A DNA stretch of 63,705 nucleotides, filler included, from Aduncisulcus paluster (lineage: Eukaryota), in the NCBI GenBank assembly GCA_024181965.1. It is 5 parts of 5 records of this genome, joined end to end, with 100 filler letters (N's around TTAATTAATTAA, not from the genome) between each part and the next. Parts side by side here need not be neighbours in the genome. Positions count along the whole stretch, not along the records: positions 26,107 to 47,899 come from BQXS01010899.1; 4 more parts are not named here. One strand, 5' to 3'. Below, in pieces: positions 31,501-41,648 of this stretch. The first letter of the stretch is position 1. The number at the start of each line of letters is the position of its first letter. Below the pieces are notes generated by a model that ran no database searches, was not told where the DNA came from, and saw only the letters and a list, made by a program, of their open reading frames with translations. A program made the translations under genes and the position numbers.

Positions 31501-34155
31501 ATCACTATTAGTAAAAGTGAAAAGAAGAAAGGGTGAACTATATAATTTATGCACACAGATATAAGCACCTTCCATATGACAAGAGGGGAAAGGGATGGAA
31601 AGATGGGTTAATGTAACATCACTTTCCCCTTTCAATATCTCTTGTGCATCTAAACTTGGATCATAAAACTTAGATTCCAAGCAATAGGAATCATTTTTCC
31701 CCCTAACCAAAAAAAATGAAGGTTTTATAATTTTTGGATCATCAAGTCGAATGGGAACGAAACCTTTACCTCCTTTTCTTATGAACTCTGGTATGATGAC
31801 TGTGGCTTCATCCCATAAATCCTCTTTAAATTCAATAATTCTAGTTTCCTCAAGGGTTTTGTTTCGAATGAACACAATCGGTGAAATATTAAAATCTTTT
31901 CCAACTCTTCCTTTCCCTGAAATCTCACACAGAACAACATTATAAAGATCAATGGGAAGGAAAAACCAATGACATCCATTCCCAACAAAATCACCCATGT
32001 CCTTCAAAGGGTTAAATTTATCAATAAATTCTGAAAAATCGTATTTCTTTGTTATTTTCTCACCTTTTGAAGTTGTGAAAGTGAAAATAAGATAAGATGG
32101 ATCACCCCAGTATTTATCGAGGCAAATATAAGCACCTTTCATTGGAGATAATGCAAAGGGCAGGGAGATATGGGTAATTTTCCTCGAACGATTCTCTCCT
32201 TTCACCATCTTTTGCCCATAAGCACTCTGATCGTACTCTTCATCTTTTTTGGTTATGTTGATTGCTTTAATATTCGAATATTCTGGATTTATGATATTGG
32301 GAGAATCATTAGGAATTGGAATGCAACTCCTATTTCCTTCATAAACATATTCTGGTTTGATAATTCGAATAAATTTCTTCTCTCTTTCTAGATCGCCAGG
32401 TGCAATCATTGACATAAACTGAGGATAAGTTGCAATATCATCATCTCGAATAAAAACAAGAGAATATATGTCGAAACCTCGACTATCTCTCTTATTCCAC
32501 TTTCCTCTCCCATTAATTTCACACGAAATGATATTTGGCAAATCAATAGGAAGAAAGTGGCATTCATATCGATATTTTGGCTTTGTGAATTTATATTTCT
32601 TGGATATACTCTTGCCATCACAATCAGTGAAAGTGAAGAGAAGAAAAGGTGAATAATAATTCATATGTAAGCATATATAAGCACCTTTCATGGGACAAGG
32701 TGATGAAAAAGGGATGAAAAGATGGGATAAGGATACAGAAGCTTCTCCCATTAACATTCTTTGTGCATTTGAACTCTGATCATACCTCTTAGAATCCTTA
32801 CTAAATCTAGCATCCTTTCCATCAACCATTGAGAATAAAGGTTTCACAAACTTTGGATCATCACGAGGAATAGGAAAAAAATCTCTACCTTTTAATTTTA
32901 TATCTCCTTTCTGTACAAACTCTGGTTTTACAACTGGAGCAAAATACCAAATCCTTTCTCTGGCTATACGAGCTGTAATTTCTTCTTCGCTTTCTTCTCG
33001 AATGAAAATCAGGGAATAAATTTCAAAACTTTTACACTCTTCCATTTCAAACCTTCCTTTTCCTTCAATATCGCACAAAACAATATTATCCAAACCAATA
33101 GGAAGGTAAAACCATTGATATGAAGGATGGCTACTTTCAAATTCTTTCTTGAATTCATACCTCTTTGGAAGGAAGTGCTGCTTCCATTCATCTTTGGGTT
33201 TTGTGAATTCATACTTCTTGGATGTCTTTTTACCATCACAATCAGTGAAAGTGAAGAGAAAAGAGGGTGAACTCCAATTCTGATGAACACAGATATAAGC
33301 ACCTTTCATTGGACAAGGGGACGGAAAAGGAATGGAAAGATGGGATAAAGATACGTAATCTTCCCCCTTTAACATTGCTTGAGCTTCCAAACTCTTATTA
33401 TAGAAACTTGAATCCTTCTCATAGGTATCATTTGTCCCCTTAACCATTGAGAATGAAGGGTTAATGAGGATTGGATCATCATGATCGATAGGAATAGAAT
33501 CTCTACCTTGAGATTCTTCATCTCCTTTCTTAATAAACTCTGGTTTCATAACTGGAGTTTCAGACCATAGTTTCTCTCTTGATTCGCGAGCGATAGAAGC
33601 AACAATTTCATCTGGGCTAAAGAAGATAAGGGATTGAATTAGAAAAGGTTCCTCTTTTCTCTCTTTTCTGATAATCTCTGTTCCTGTAATCTCACACAGA
33701 ACAACATCAAAGAGATCAACAGGAAGTAAAAACCAATTATTAAATTCAAATTTCGGAAATACATATTTTTTGGACATTTTCTCACCTTTTGAAGATGTAA
33801 AGGTGAAAATAAGATGAGATGGAGGAGAATAGTTTTTATCAAGGCAGATATAAGCACCATTAATTGGAGAAGATGATACAAAAGGAAGGGAGATATGGGT
33901 AACCTGCCCTGAATTCATATTCTTTCCTTTCATCATTCCTTGCACTTCATAACTGTGATCATAGCCTTCCTCGTCCTCTTTCTTGGTTATATTGATTGCT
34001 TTGATATTAGAAAACTCTGGACTCTTAATATCGGGAGAATCTCTAGGAATTGGAATGCAACTCCTATCTCCTTGATGAACATACTTAGCTTTAATGATGT
34101 GGAAGGTAGAGGAGGGTAATTGATAATAGGAAGGTGAGTGAATGTCTCGGCTCAT
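28504..34155 (-). CDS. Ser/Thr protein kinase (~1883 aa) with seven N-terminal ~170-200-aa beta-rich tandem domains
   Basis: IGHGGFGEV, VLKK, HRDVKPDNFL, SDLG, CGTIVYNSYE, KSDGYSLG. Repeats carry IPxxxDxP, SIPF, GAYIC and LPIDL motifs. First ATG is at 34155. Confidence 0.92.
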   Translation of the reverse strand: MSRDIHSPSYYQLPSSTFHIIKAKYVHQGDRSCIPIPRDSPDIKSPEFSNIKAINITKKEDEEGYDHSYEVQGMMKGKNMNSGQVTHISLPFVSSSPINGAYICLDKNYSPPSHLIFTFTSSKGEKMSKKYVFPKFEFNNWFLLPVDLFDVVLCEITGTEIIRKERKEEPFLIQSLIFFSPDEIVASIARESREKLWSETPVMKPEFIKKGDEESQGRDSIPIDHDDPILINPSFSMVKGTNDTYEKDSSFYNKSLEAQAMLKGEDYVSLSHLSIPFPSPCPMKGAYICVHQNWSSPSFLFTFTDCDGKKTSKKYEFTKPKDEWKQHFLPKRYEFKKEFESSHPSYQWFYLPIGLDNIVLCDIEGKGRFEMEECKSFEIYSLIFIREESEEEITARIARERIWYFAPVVKPEFVQKGDIKLKGRDFFPIPRDDPKFVKPLFSMVDGKDARFSKDSKRYDQSSNAQRMLMGEASVSLSHLFIPFSSPCPMKGAYICLHMNYYSPFLLFTFTDCDGKSISKKYKFTKPKYRYECHFLPIDLPNIISCEINGRGKWNKRDSRGFDIYSLVFIRDDDIATYPQFMSMIAPGDLEREKKFIRIIKPEYVYEGNRSCIPIPNDSPNIINPEYSNIKAINITKKDEEYDQSAYGQKMVKGENRSRKITHISLPFALSPMKGAYICLDKYWGDPSYLIFTFTTSKGEKITKKYDFSEFIDKFNPLKDMGDFVGNGCHWFFLPIDLYNVVLCEISGKGRVGKDFNISPIVFIRNKTLEETRIIEFKEDLWDEATVIIPEFIRKGGKGFVPIRLDDPKIIKPSFFLVRGKNDSYCLESKFYDPSLDAQEILKGESDVTLTHLSIPFPSCHMEGAYICVHKLYSSPFLLFTFTNSDGKKVSKKYKFTRPKHDCEWLLLSIDLDHIILCEIEGKGKWCQRNSRSFSICSLIFIGNADIQNIKPERSVLIRSEGIPALKDIFIQDKERERDPNPIEPEFISNGYRSCVPICGDAPNIVSPHFSTIKAINTTELEIDQSSKVQAMMKLECDSGNITHISVPFSPSTPMEGIYICLNYYWNPPTDLLFTFISSLGHKISKKCIFEGYSCDCCWYFLPIDLPDVAFCEITGEGRKEDEEAIDIAGHSARYDSTRYYRIESLIFIRKETHEETIFRESREIQWSEASIVKPLFMKEGDNESEAIDSIPIPRDDPFIINPSFSLVKGKDVSVTKESTDYDTSINAKKMIMGECGVSLSHLYIPFSSPCSMKGACICIHWKDSSPSLLFTFTDSDDNKTSKKYEFTKPPFLYQWLYLPIELSNIVLCEIEGKGRFRLMNSRYFFLYSLVFIRNEDFQTSSDLTPISYTLSDKLQKKASNIEDFHEKQPPKDVFPEKHKENFKGIAKHDSLTLTSSSSITPQCVIGHGGFGEVLLVKVDGISFPCVLKKMLRIADKIVVEGCRKEFKMQQKLFMNGKCFNRIPRPLYILDLLDADMKGEYGFIMEYCAGGSVKDFARSWCIQEDEEECSSEEDSGFYKSIDPMTLNPVKMCSLCVGMIECLDDVFTAKPKLVHRDVKPDNFLVRVDPDSKKCTIVLSDLGMVQVLDSITLSVTSKNNIPSSSPTKQEKRILQPKPSACGTIVYNSYETLCEGKQTQKSDGYSLGMSIFSLFQCTHPFISLPVFRGVVNNCDIMDIMLKLMEKNRVPKLCSSDLFKTLRTIEDGKFQPVHACLNEVFTGLTQLDEDKRMSVHEACTKVQIIKHLLPNIGEGFEYPSIEDIVKRQLAKYEGNSGCIEEEMQDEREKEKDGQVSRVSTIQSKEEDSRDVPSYAKERTKEEAHEDYGRIEESSYGLESEEYRNSRMKSMESSTIQSSVDDHRDIMSFTDEIDSRGRRIIIPKEKEAE

Positions 34156-34175
34156 AGGATTCACAATATCGATTT

Positions 34176-34292
34176 CTGTAAATTGTAAATGATGACACAA
34201 GAATATATGTAAGATTTTGATCGATTTTATAGATAAATATCCAAATGAGTAAGCTTTTGTAGAGCATTAGAAACAAATTGGATTGTACATAC
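34176..34292 (-). other. Possible 117-nt intron just upstream of the kinase ATG (5' UTR or small upstream exon)
   Basis: GTATGT donor at 34292 and TTTACAG acceptor at 34176 on the - strand, the same donor as the other introns. Confidence 0.35.
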
Positions 34293-34894
34293 AATATGGA
34301 TTATAACAGAAAAAAACTATTAGTAAATATTAGATCTCAAACAAAAAGTTTTGGCAGAATATAGTTTTGTTTGAGTAGGGCGATGTCTGTTTGTGACAAA
34401 ATCGACCAAATCCATTCTGGGATACATAGACGATCCTATATTGATCAACTCAAGCATTAAAAACACTTATTTATTATTTCTAAACAATAAATTATAAAAT
34501 TGTCGTTTTCAACGCTATCCTTCTGCATCCATTGGATTGGATGGGAAATCTCATGATTTTGGCAAGGTCAGTTTATTTCAATTTATGGGAAGTGTTCTTG
34601 AAATGCTCTTGGTTTTGATATGATTCTCGGATTGCATGAAATTTGTTGTTATCATCTATATCAAGAAAAGATCTCAGATTCGCCTCAATTCTATCTCATA
34701 TTAAATATCATGTAGTCTCTTTGGCTATTATGTTCAACTAATCTATTTTATTAACTAATATTCTTTCCACAAAACAATTATTCTTGTTCTGTGCTACTCA
34801 TCACAAGTATGAGCTCATTCTGAGATCAATTCATCCTAATTTGGATATCATTTATTAGGGATTTACTTATGTTCAAATCCTCCTCCATATTAGC

Positions 34895-37800
34895 TCAACT
34901 ATTATTCACCTTTCTGACCAACATCATGAGGCTTTGTTGAGGAATGAATGATGTTCCTCGACACTCCCGCATTACTTTCACTGTATTAAATATCCCAACG
35001 CATTTAATCATAACGTCAAAGAGATGATTAAACAATAAAACATGCTGTGCTTCCTTAGATTTATCATATTCGATTCGACAGACACATCGCATCACATCTT
35101 TCCAGACAAGAATATCACTCAGATTATGAGAATCAGCGTTTGTATCAAGGAATTTAAGGCAGTCAAGAGCTCCAATAACTGAAAAACAGGCCTGAATGAA
35201 AGCAGAAAGCTCTGACAGTTTGACTGAATGAGCGAGAGCAATCCCAAAGATTTTGTAACAGAGTTTAACGATCATTTCTTGCCGCATTGAAGACAAATGC
35301 TTCACATGAGTGAAACCAGGAAATCTGTGAAATTGAAGGACATCAACAAACCCTTGAAGAAGGAAAGAAATAGGACAAAACTGCAAAATAAATGGGAAAA
35401 GTTGCTCAGAAATAAATAAATGAACATCTTCCATCGATTTTTTGTCTTGTCCAAAACCATCTTCCACGGTCAATTCCTTTGAATTGGAAGATACATTCTC
35501 ATCTCCTCCAAGTATCCATAAATATAGAACTCTAGCCACACATAATGACTCAGAAATGGAATCTTTACACGCTTTGACAAGTGAAACTACATGTTTGATT
35601 GATGGATTCTTCAAAAAAGAATAAAGACAATCATTAATCGAAATCTCTTTGTCTTCAAGAATGATGCTTTGAGATCCATCTCTAGATTGCCCAATCGCTG
35701 GAAACAGTGTTGATACCAATGAACTCACATCAGAGAGACACACACTTTCTGAATCAAGGCCAGTGAGGTTACGCAACAATATTTTGGTTTTGGTGAATAT
35801 TGTCTCTTTCTTCGAAGATACAAACGACTGTGCTCCATCTTTGGAGAAGAATAAATCTATTTTATCCTTGAAATCAGCAAGAATATGTTCATGGGAGTCA
35901 CATTTTTGTGTCAAAAGCGTGTTAATTTTGTTGAGGAGAGTCGTATGAACTCCAAACTGAGGAATATGGCTATATTTAGAACTCCAGACATCTATATTCT
36001 CCTTCAGTGTGGTCTTAAAGTGTGAGATATGTTTAGAAATACCTGAAACTCGAAGATCAATCTCAGATCTAGGCACTGAATCTGAAGATACTCCAAGACA
36101 TTTGAGGTTATGAGAAAGAGTTCCAATAGAATATGAGATAGTTCTTTCTGTTTCTAACAATTCCAAAAATATCCCATTAAGTTTCTCAAGCTCATCAAAA
36201 CAGGATATTTCCTCCTTTTCAATATCACTGAGAAACTCACAACTGGCCTTTCCCCCGAGTGAAAACAAGGATGAATGTGCTGAATATTGAGTAATTATCT
36301 GTCGTTGTCTCTCTGATTCTCTCTCAAGAGATTTCTTTTCCTTCGATTGCAGAGCTTGAAGTTCGATACCATTCCGTTCCTCTTCTTCCTCTTCCTCCTC
36401 TCTCTCTTCCTCTTCTTTTGTTATTAAATATTCATAATTTGTATGAGATTCACTTTCTTTCGATCTATTATGGACCTTAATCTTCCTCTTGATAGAAAGC
36501 AACACCTTTGCAAGGGAATCAGCGATTGCAGAGGAACGATTCAACAAAGACGTGTAACTGCTTGGGAAAGGAATTGAACAAGGGAGTAATTTCCAATGTT
36601 TCCGATGCTCAATTCGTTGTGTTGCTTCCTGAAGCCCTACCGAGCTATCAAATTGATCCCCGTACATCAAATGTAACCGTCTTCTGCGTTCCCATCTCTC
36701 CTCTTCTTTCACCTTTATCTTATCTTTGGACTTGATAGCTATTTTAATCGTCCCTTCGCTCAAAATAGAATAAGGAAGTGTGAGAGATATTGGGATATTC
36801 TCCTCTTTTTCTGATAAATCTCCTCTAAGTTCAAGCTTTTTCTTTCGATCTTGTTTGATCCGTTCGATTTCAACCCCCACAGGAAAAGAGAGAGGAAGAG
36901 TACTTGTTGAGAGAGAGGGAGAGAGAGAAGAGAAGACATCAGGAGGTGGGGAAAATAATAATGTAAGGTTTTTAGTCACAGGAGAATCAAGAGGAAGAGA
37001 TGGTTTCCCATGTTCTCCTTTATCTTCCTCATCGCCCTCCTCTCCTTCTTTGCCTCGTCCTTCTTCTTGAGGTATGTTGCTATTTTTAGTTATTTGTTTC
37101 TCAATAGACCCACTATCAGTATCAGCCAGATCAGAAGACTTACTTTCGTCTTGAGTTACTTGATGGTCTGTTATCATTTCTCCCTCTTTGCCAAGAATAG
37201 AATGAGATGCCTTGTCATAACACCAATCTTTAACAGAGGTATGGACAGGGTGGAAGACATCTCCGTCTCTGACTAAGACACTCGGTTGCACAGAGAATGG
37301 GATGATTGGCTGTGTAAATGAAGGTATATAAGGATGTTCCTTCGATAATGGAGGCAAAGACACTTCAGGAGCCATGTCAATAACACTATGCAAGGCTCCA
37401 ACAACGGAGTCATCACATATGGTCACATCTTTGGGCTCAATCTCATTCCCTTCACTCCCTTCACTGTCCCACAATGAAGTATCCTCCTTGCTCTGGCCTT
37501 GTCGAACCATATGAGGAAAGGCCCACCATTTCCATGCACCAACAAGGAGTTTCTGGGGAACGTTTGTCCGTTGAATCTCTTGCAAGGCTCGAGTTGATAG
37601 TGACGTTTCATCGATAGTGGTATCTGACAACAGTTCGCTTGAAGCCCCATGGGAGGGAGTCGATGCCGAATGGTCTCCACGAGATGCAGGAGAGAGCACA
37701 GAGGAGGTTGAAAGGTTGGACGTCGAAGAAGAGGAGATAGGAAATTGACTGCCAGGTTCTGGGGAATCAGTAGAAACCCCGGCTAGTTCATCCGTTTTCT

Positions 37801-40540
37801 TTTTCCAGGCGGCATCTTCTTTTTCACGTTGAATTCTTGCCTCTTCACGCTGAATATCTAACAAAGCTTGTTCTTCAGCAAGACGCTTGTCTTCAATTTC
37901 CTGTTTTTCTCGTTCCTCAAGTTGAGTTCTTCTCATTTTACCACTCACAACTTGTTGCATCATTGCCGAGAGGGACGTGACAGAAGAGGAATAAGAAGCA
38001 GCATATTCAGTGTGAGAAGAAACCGAATATAATCTATTTTTNNNNNNNNNNNNNNNNNNNNGCACAGAGGAGGTTGAAAGGTTGGACGTCGAAGAAGAGG
38101 AGATAGGAAATTGACTGCCAGGTTCTGGGGAATCAGTAGAAACCCCGGCTAGTTCATCCGTTTTCTTTTTCCAGGCGGCATCTTCTTTTTCACGTTGAAT
38201 TCTTGCCTCTTCACGCTGAATATCTAACAAAGCTTGTTCTTCAGCAAGACGCTTGTCTTCAATTTCCTGTTTTTCTCGTTCCTCAAGTTGAGTTCTTCTC
38301 ATTTTACCACTCACAACTTGTTGCATCATTGCCGAGAGGGACGTGACAGAAGAGGAATAAGAAGCAGCATATTCAGTGTGAGAAGAAACCGAATATAATC
38401 TATTTTTGGAACACAAATATAATGTATCTTGTTTGAATGTATCTTGTGATGTTGTTTTTGCAGATGCTCCAAGTCCCATTCCCAAGCCACTTCCAATCAT
38501 TCCAGGTTCAACAGATGATCCAGTACATATTCCAACAAAATCTTCCACTGCTGGGACTCGAACCCACGTGCAATCCTTCACATTCTCGGGAGAGAAAGAT
38601 ATCATTGATCCAGTTGACGATAGAGAAACGATTGAATGAGGTGGGTGAGACAAGAATGAGAGGGTGCTAATAATTGTTGAAAGTAAACCTGAGGATTTAA
38701 GAGTAAATTCATAACCTTGCTTTTGGTCCGTTTCACCCTCTTCTTCCTCTTTTTCTCCTTCATCCTCCTTCACAACTAATTCATCCTCTTCCACTCCTTG
38801 TGACTCTTTGTCTGATGTCTTTTCAGCATTATCTACACCTTCTGATAGTTCTTTACCTTGCTGAATGTCAGATTTATCCTCTATAACATCAATCAGCGGA
38901 CAATACTCACTTGTAAAGCCAAAATCAATATCTCCACACTCTTTCTCACTCTCTATAGCATCAATATGCATCATTTGAGACTGTTTCTTCTTTATAATCC
39001 ACCTTTTCCTGATCCATAAACGCTCATCCTTCTCCTCTTGCCTCAAGATCTGAGCACAAACATCGAGATCGATAGCAGCTCCGTTATTCTCACAAAGAAC
39101 AGAGAGAAGACCGAGACCAGGTTGAGGTTGGGCTGTAGCTCGAGTTGTTACTAAATTTAGATCGGTCTGATGCCAATCTCCACATCCACACTCGAACTGA
39201 GCATTTTGAGGAGATGTCAAGTTCTGTTTCATTTTCAATGTGGCCAATACTTTCTGGAATGACGATGAAAAAAGAAACGATTTACATCCAGGACGCGACG
39301 AAAAAATAAATGTTGGATCATGAGTTGAACCCTCTGCGGATGAGGAAGAAGAGGTTGACTTCTTAACAAATTCTTTTTTCCCATCATCTTTCGATGCTTC
39401 AACGTCTTGAGTTACCTTATCCTCACTCGCTTTTGCCAGTTCTAATGCCTTCTTTTCAGCAGCTAATTCCATTGCAGCCAATGACTTCTCAAGGGCTTCA
39501 CCACTGTGTAACCCTTCACAAAAAACAGCATTAAACATTCCCGTTCTCTCTTTTTTCCCAATTCGTTGAGCCCCACATGCTTTGATTGCCCGTCCATCAA
39601 GAGCTGCAGTCAAAACAGACCGCAGATCAGGGAAGAGGACGAGGGTGCTCCATGATGTTGATGAAGAACAACATAATAATGGCATATCCATGGAAGAAGA
39701 AAGGGAGAAACAGGATTCTGATGGAGCCGTCAACAAAGGATATGAAAGTGATGTCATCTTGGAAGGAGGTGAAAGGGATGGAATATCATCACAAGGCATA
39801 TGAGAACGTGAGAAAAATGAGAATAACAACAAACTATGCAACTTTGTCTGCGAAGAAAAGACTTTTTGCGGCGATCCAACTTCTATTGTGGAAAAACCTA
39901 GTTGACGAATAATACTAACAAATACGACACCATCATCTGTCGAAAACATAACATACCATATTAAAGGCTTCGAAAATGTATATTTTGGCATAGAATCAGG
40001 AATAACAACAAGATTAAGCAATCGTTGATATGGACTCAATAACGGCACCAAATGCTTCATATCTTTCTGTTTTGAGGTTCCAGAAGTTATTTCCGATGTG
40101 AAAGATTCAATTTTTTGTTCCTTGAGCTCCTGGGAATATGCTTTAGAGAAAAATAATTCAGTAGTTTTGATATCTGATCCTAATAGACATACCGCCAGAG
40201 CAGATATCGCCGGATAATCTACCAGAGATATAACAGAACCCACTTCAACAGGAGTCAAAATATCTCCAAGATGCGGAATAACAAAAACCACAGCATCTTC
40301 AGAAATAACAACTAAAAACGACCCATCATAGGAAGACTTTATATGTAGAATAGGCGTATGTAGTTCTGGAACTGAAATAAGCTTATGTAATTGACCAGAA
40401 CTCCCGATAAAACTGTACAGAGAACCTGTATTTGTACCTAACAAAATAAAACCAGCAACATGATGAAATGCTGTATATCTTAGTCTAACTGTTTGTTTGG
40501 AAAATATTTTATCTAAATAAGCTTTGAATTCAAGCTTCAT
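34895..40540 (-). CDS. HPS5: HPS5/TECPR2-family beta-propeller protein (BLOC-2 subunit-like), ~1759 aa after collapsing the duplication
   Basis: LRYTAF...FILLGTNTGSLY, RIGKKERTGMFNAVF and IFSSRPG match recalled HPS5/TECPR2 motifs (KIGNKERDGEYGACF, IYCARPG); helical C-terminus. Confidence 0.62.
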   Translation of the reverse strand: MKLEFKAYLDKIFSKQTVRLRYTAFHHVAGFILLGTNTGSLYSFIGSSGQLHKLISVPELHTPILHIKSSYDGSFLVVISEDAVVFVIPHLGDILTPVEVGSVISLVDYPAISALAVCLLGSDIKTTELFFSKAYSQELKEQKIESFTSEITSGTSKQKDMKHLVPLLSPYQRLLNLVVIPDSMPKYTFSKPLIWYVMFSTDDGVVFVSIIRQLGFSTIEVGSPQKVFSSQTKLHSLLLFSFFSRSHMPCDDIPSLSPPSKMTSLSYPLLTAPSESCFSLSSSMDMPLLCCSSSTSWSTLVLFPDLRSVLTAALDGRAIKACGAQRIGKKERTGMFNAVFCEGLHSGEALEKSLAAMELAAEKKALELAKASEDKVTQDVEASKDDGKKEFVKKSTSSSSSAEGSTHDPTFIFSSRPGCKSFLFSSSFQKVLATLKMKQNLTSPQNAQFECGCGDWHQTDLNLVTTRATAQPQPGLGLLSVLCENNGAAIDLDVCAQILRQEEKDERLWIRKRWIIKKKQSQMMHIDAIESEKECGDIDFGFTSEYCPLIDVIEDKSDIQQGKELSEGVDNAEKTSDKESQGVEEDELVVKEDEGEKEEEEGETDQKQGYEFTLKSSGLLSTIISTLSFLSHPPHSIVSLSSTGSMISFSPENVKDCTWVRVPAVEDFVGICTGSSVEPGMIGSGLGMGLGASAKTTSQDTFKQDTLYLCSKNRLYSVSSHTEYAASYSSSVTSLSAMMQQVVSGKMRRTQLEEREKQEIEDKRLAEEQALLDIQREEARIQREKEDAAWKKKTDELAGVSTDSPEPGSQFPISSSSTSNLSTSSVXXXXXXXKNRLYSVSSHTEYAASYSSSVTSLSAMMQQVVSGKMRRTQLEEREKQEIEDKRLAEEQALLDIQREEARIQREKEDAAWKKKTDELAGVSTDSPEPGSQFPISSSSTSNLSTSSVLSPASRGDHSASTPSHGASSELLSDTTIDETSLSTRALQEIQRTNVPQKLLVGAWKWWAFPHMVRQGQSKEDTSLWDSEGSEGNEIEPKDVTICDDSVVGALHSVIDMAPEVSLPPLSKEHPYIPSFTQPIIPFSVQPSVLVRDGDVFHPVHTSVKDWCYDKASHSILGKEGEMITDHQVTQDESKSSDLADTDSGSIEKQITKNSNIPQEEGRGKEGEEGDEEDKGEHGKPSLPLDSPVTKNLTLLFSPPPDVFSSLSPSLSTSTLPLSFPVGVEIERIKQDRKKKLELRGDLSEKEENIPISLTLPYSILSEGTIKIAIKSKDKIKVKEEERWERRRRLHLMYGDQFDSSVGLQEATQRIEHRKHWKLLPCSIPFPSSYTSLLNRSSAIADSLAKVLLSIKRKIKVHNRSKESESHTNYEYLITKEEEEREEEEEEEERNGIELQALQSKEKKSLERESERQRQIITQYSAHSSLFSLGGKASCEFLSDIEKEEISCFDELEKLNGIFLELLETERTISYSIGTLSHNLKCLGVSSDSVPRSEIDLRVSGISKHISHFKTTLKENIDVWSSKYSHIPQFGVHTTLLNKINTLLTQKCDSHEHILADFKDKIDLFFSKDGAQSFVSSKKETIFTKTKILLRNLTGLDSESVCLSDVSSLVSTLFPAIGQSRDGSQSIILEDKEISINDCLYSFLKNPSIKHVVSLVKACKDSISESLCVARVLYLWILGGDENVSSNSKELTVEDGFGQDKKSMEDVHLFISEQLFPFILQFCPISFLLQGFVDVLQFHRFPGFTHVKHLSSMRQEMIVKLCYKIFGIALAHSVKLSELSAFIQACFSVIGALDCLKFLDTNADSHNLSDILVWKDVMRCVCRIEYDKSKEAQHVLLFNHLFDVMIKCVGIFNTVKVMRECRGTSFIPQQSLMMLVRKVNNS
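37696..38407. other. Assembly artefact: 346-bp duplication (37696-38041 / 38062-38407) around a 20-N gap
   Basis: Same sequence flanks the gap. Confidence 0.9.
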
Positions 40541-40721
40541 GATGTGTGGGAACAAAAAATGTATTTGTTTTCAAGGTGAAATTAAAAATAATGAATTTCG
40601 ACTAAAATTAACCTTATATGGGTATACACGAATATTTTATTTGTTTTTGGCTCTGGAAAATAAATGGATTCCCTCGACACGACTTCTTTCCCAAATCACT
40701 CTGTTTGACCCAATTAACCAT

Positions 40722-41531
40722 ATGGATTTGACCAAACCCAACGAAACAGAATCAAAAAAGAAAGAAGAACCCAAGGATTTAATAACAGAACTGCACAATA
40801 GAATAGAACAACTCGAAGAGGAATTGGCTCGAGTGAAAAAAGAGAGAGATGAGTTGAAGGCATCAAAGGATCCACAAAAGCGGAGGTATTCTGAAGAGAA
40901 AGAGAAATTTGAAGAACATGTATCTGAAAAAAAGGTACAATTTTCTTCTCAAAAAGAATCGAAAGATGATAAGATGAAGAGGATATCTTTCAAATATGAA
41001 AATATTCCATGGACAGAGGAATCATATTCAGTTGTTGCGGCTCGAACAGCCGGATTTGAGGTATTCGACGCTATTCCTATCCCACTTTCAGACGACCCTA
41101 TTGCTCATTTTGCCTTCGAATCCTTTGCTCCCAAGCTTCTTGCTGGACATTGCCTTCAAAGACAAGTATACATTGGGAAAAAGTCAAGAACTTTAGCCGA
41201 TATTCTTCATAAAGTAATGTTCAATTGCCCATTACCTCGAGGACTTTCGAGGTGCGAAGGCTGTTCTGTAAAAGGTTGTGGAAATGTGTTACATCGAAGA
41301 TATAGAACTTCAGACTTTGTAATGAAACCCGGTGAGGTTATTTCCCGACTTGAGGTAGCCTTTGGAGAAGAAGCGGTTCAAAGAGCGAAAGACCAGGCCG
41401 AATATATTATGCTTGTCGATGGACCTGGAGTTAACCCGGTTATCAAAGTAATTGAAGAGGCTATTCCTCCTGAAGAACTGAAATCTCAGAATGGCAGTTC
41501 CAGCAAAAAAGAAGAGGAAGAAACAGAATGA
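40722..41531 (+). CDS. Hypothetical protein (~269 aa): N-terminal coiled coil and a Cys-containing globular domain
   Basis: Likely start MDLTKPNE at 40722, because the upstream ORF extension overlaps the divergent gene start and is AT-rich; contains SRCEGCSVKGC. Confidence 0.7.
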   Translation: MDLTKPNETESKKKEEPKDLITELHNRIEQLEEELARVKKERDELKASKDPQKRRYSEEKEKFEEHVSEKKVQFSSQKESKDDKMKRISFKYENIPWTEESYSVVAARTAGFEVFDAIPIPLSDDPIAHFAFESFAPKLLAGHCLQRQVYIGKKSRTLADILHKVMFNCPLPRGLSRCEGCSVKGCGNVLHRRYRTSDFVMKPGEVISRLEVAFGEEAVQRAKDQAEYIMLVDGPGVNPVIKVIEEAIPPEELKSQNGSSSKKEEEETE

Positions 41532-41648
41532 AACAAATATATTTGATAGTTTATTCTGTTTTTTAACAATCATATTCACTAATAATATGATTTGGTTGAT
41601 TTTCTCTAAATCTCATTATCCAGTCATATTTTTGAACCTTTAGTCAAC

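Noticed and set aside
34410-34460. DDPILIN peptide on the + strand matching kinase repeat 2
   Set aside because: Only seven residues match, nucleotide similarity is poor and no flanking motifs follow.
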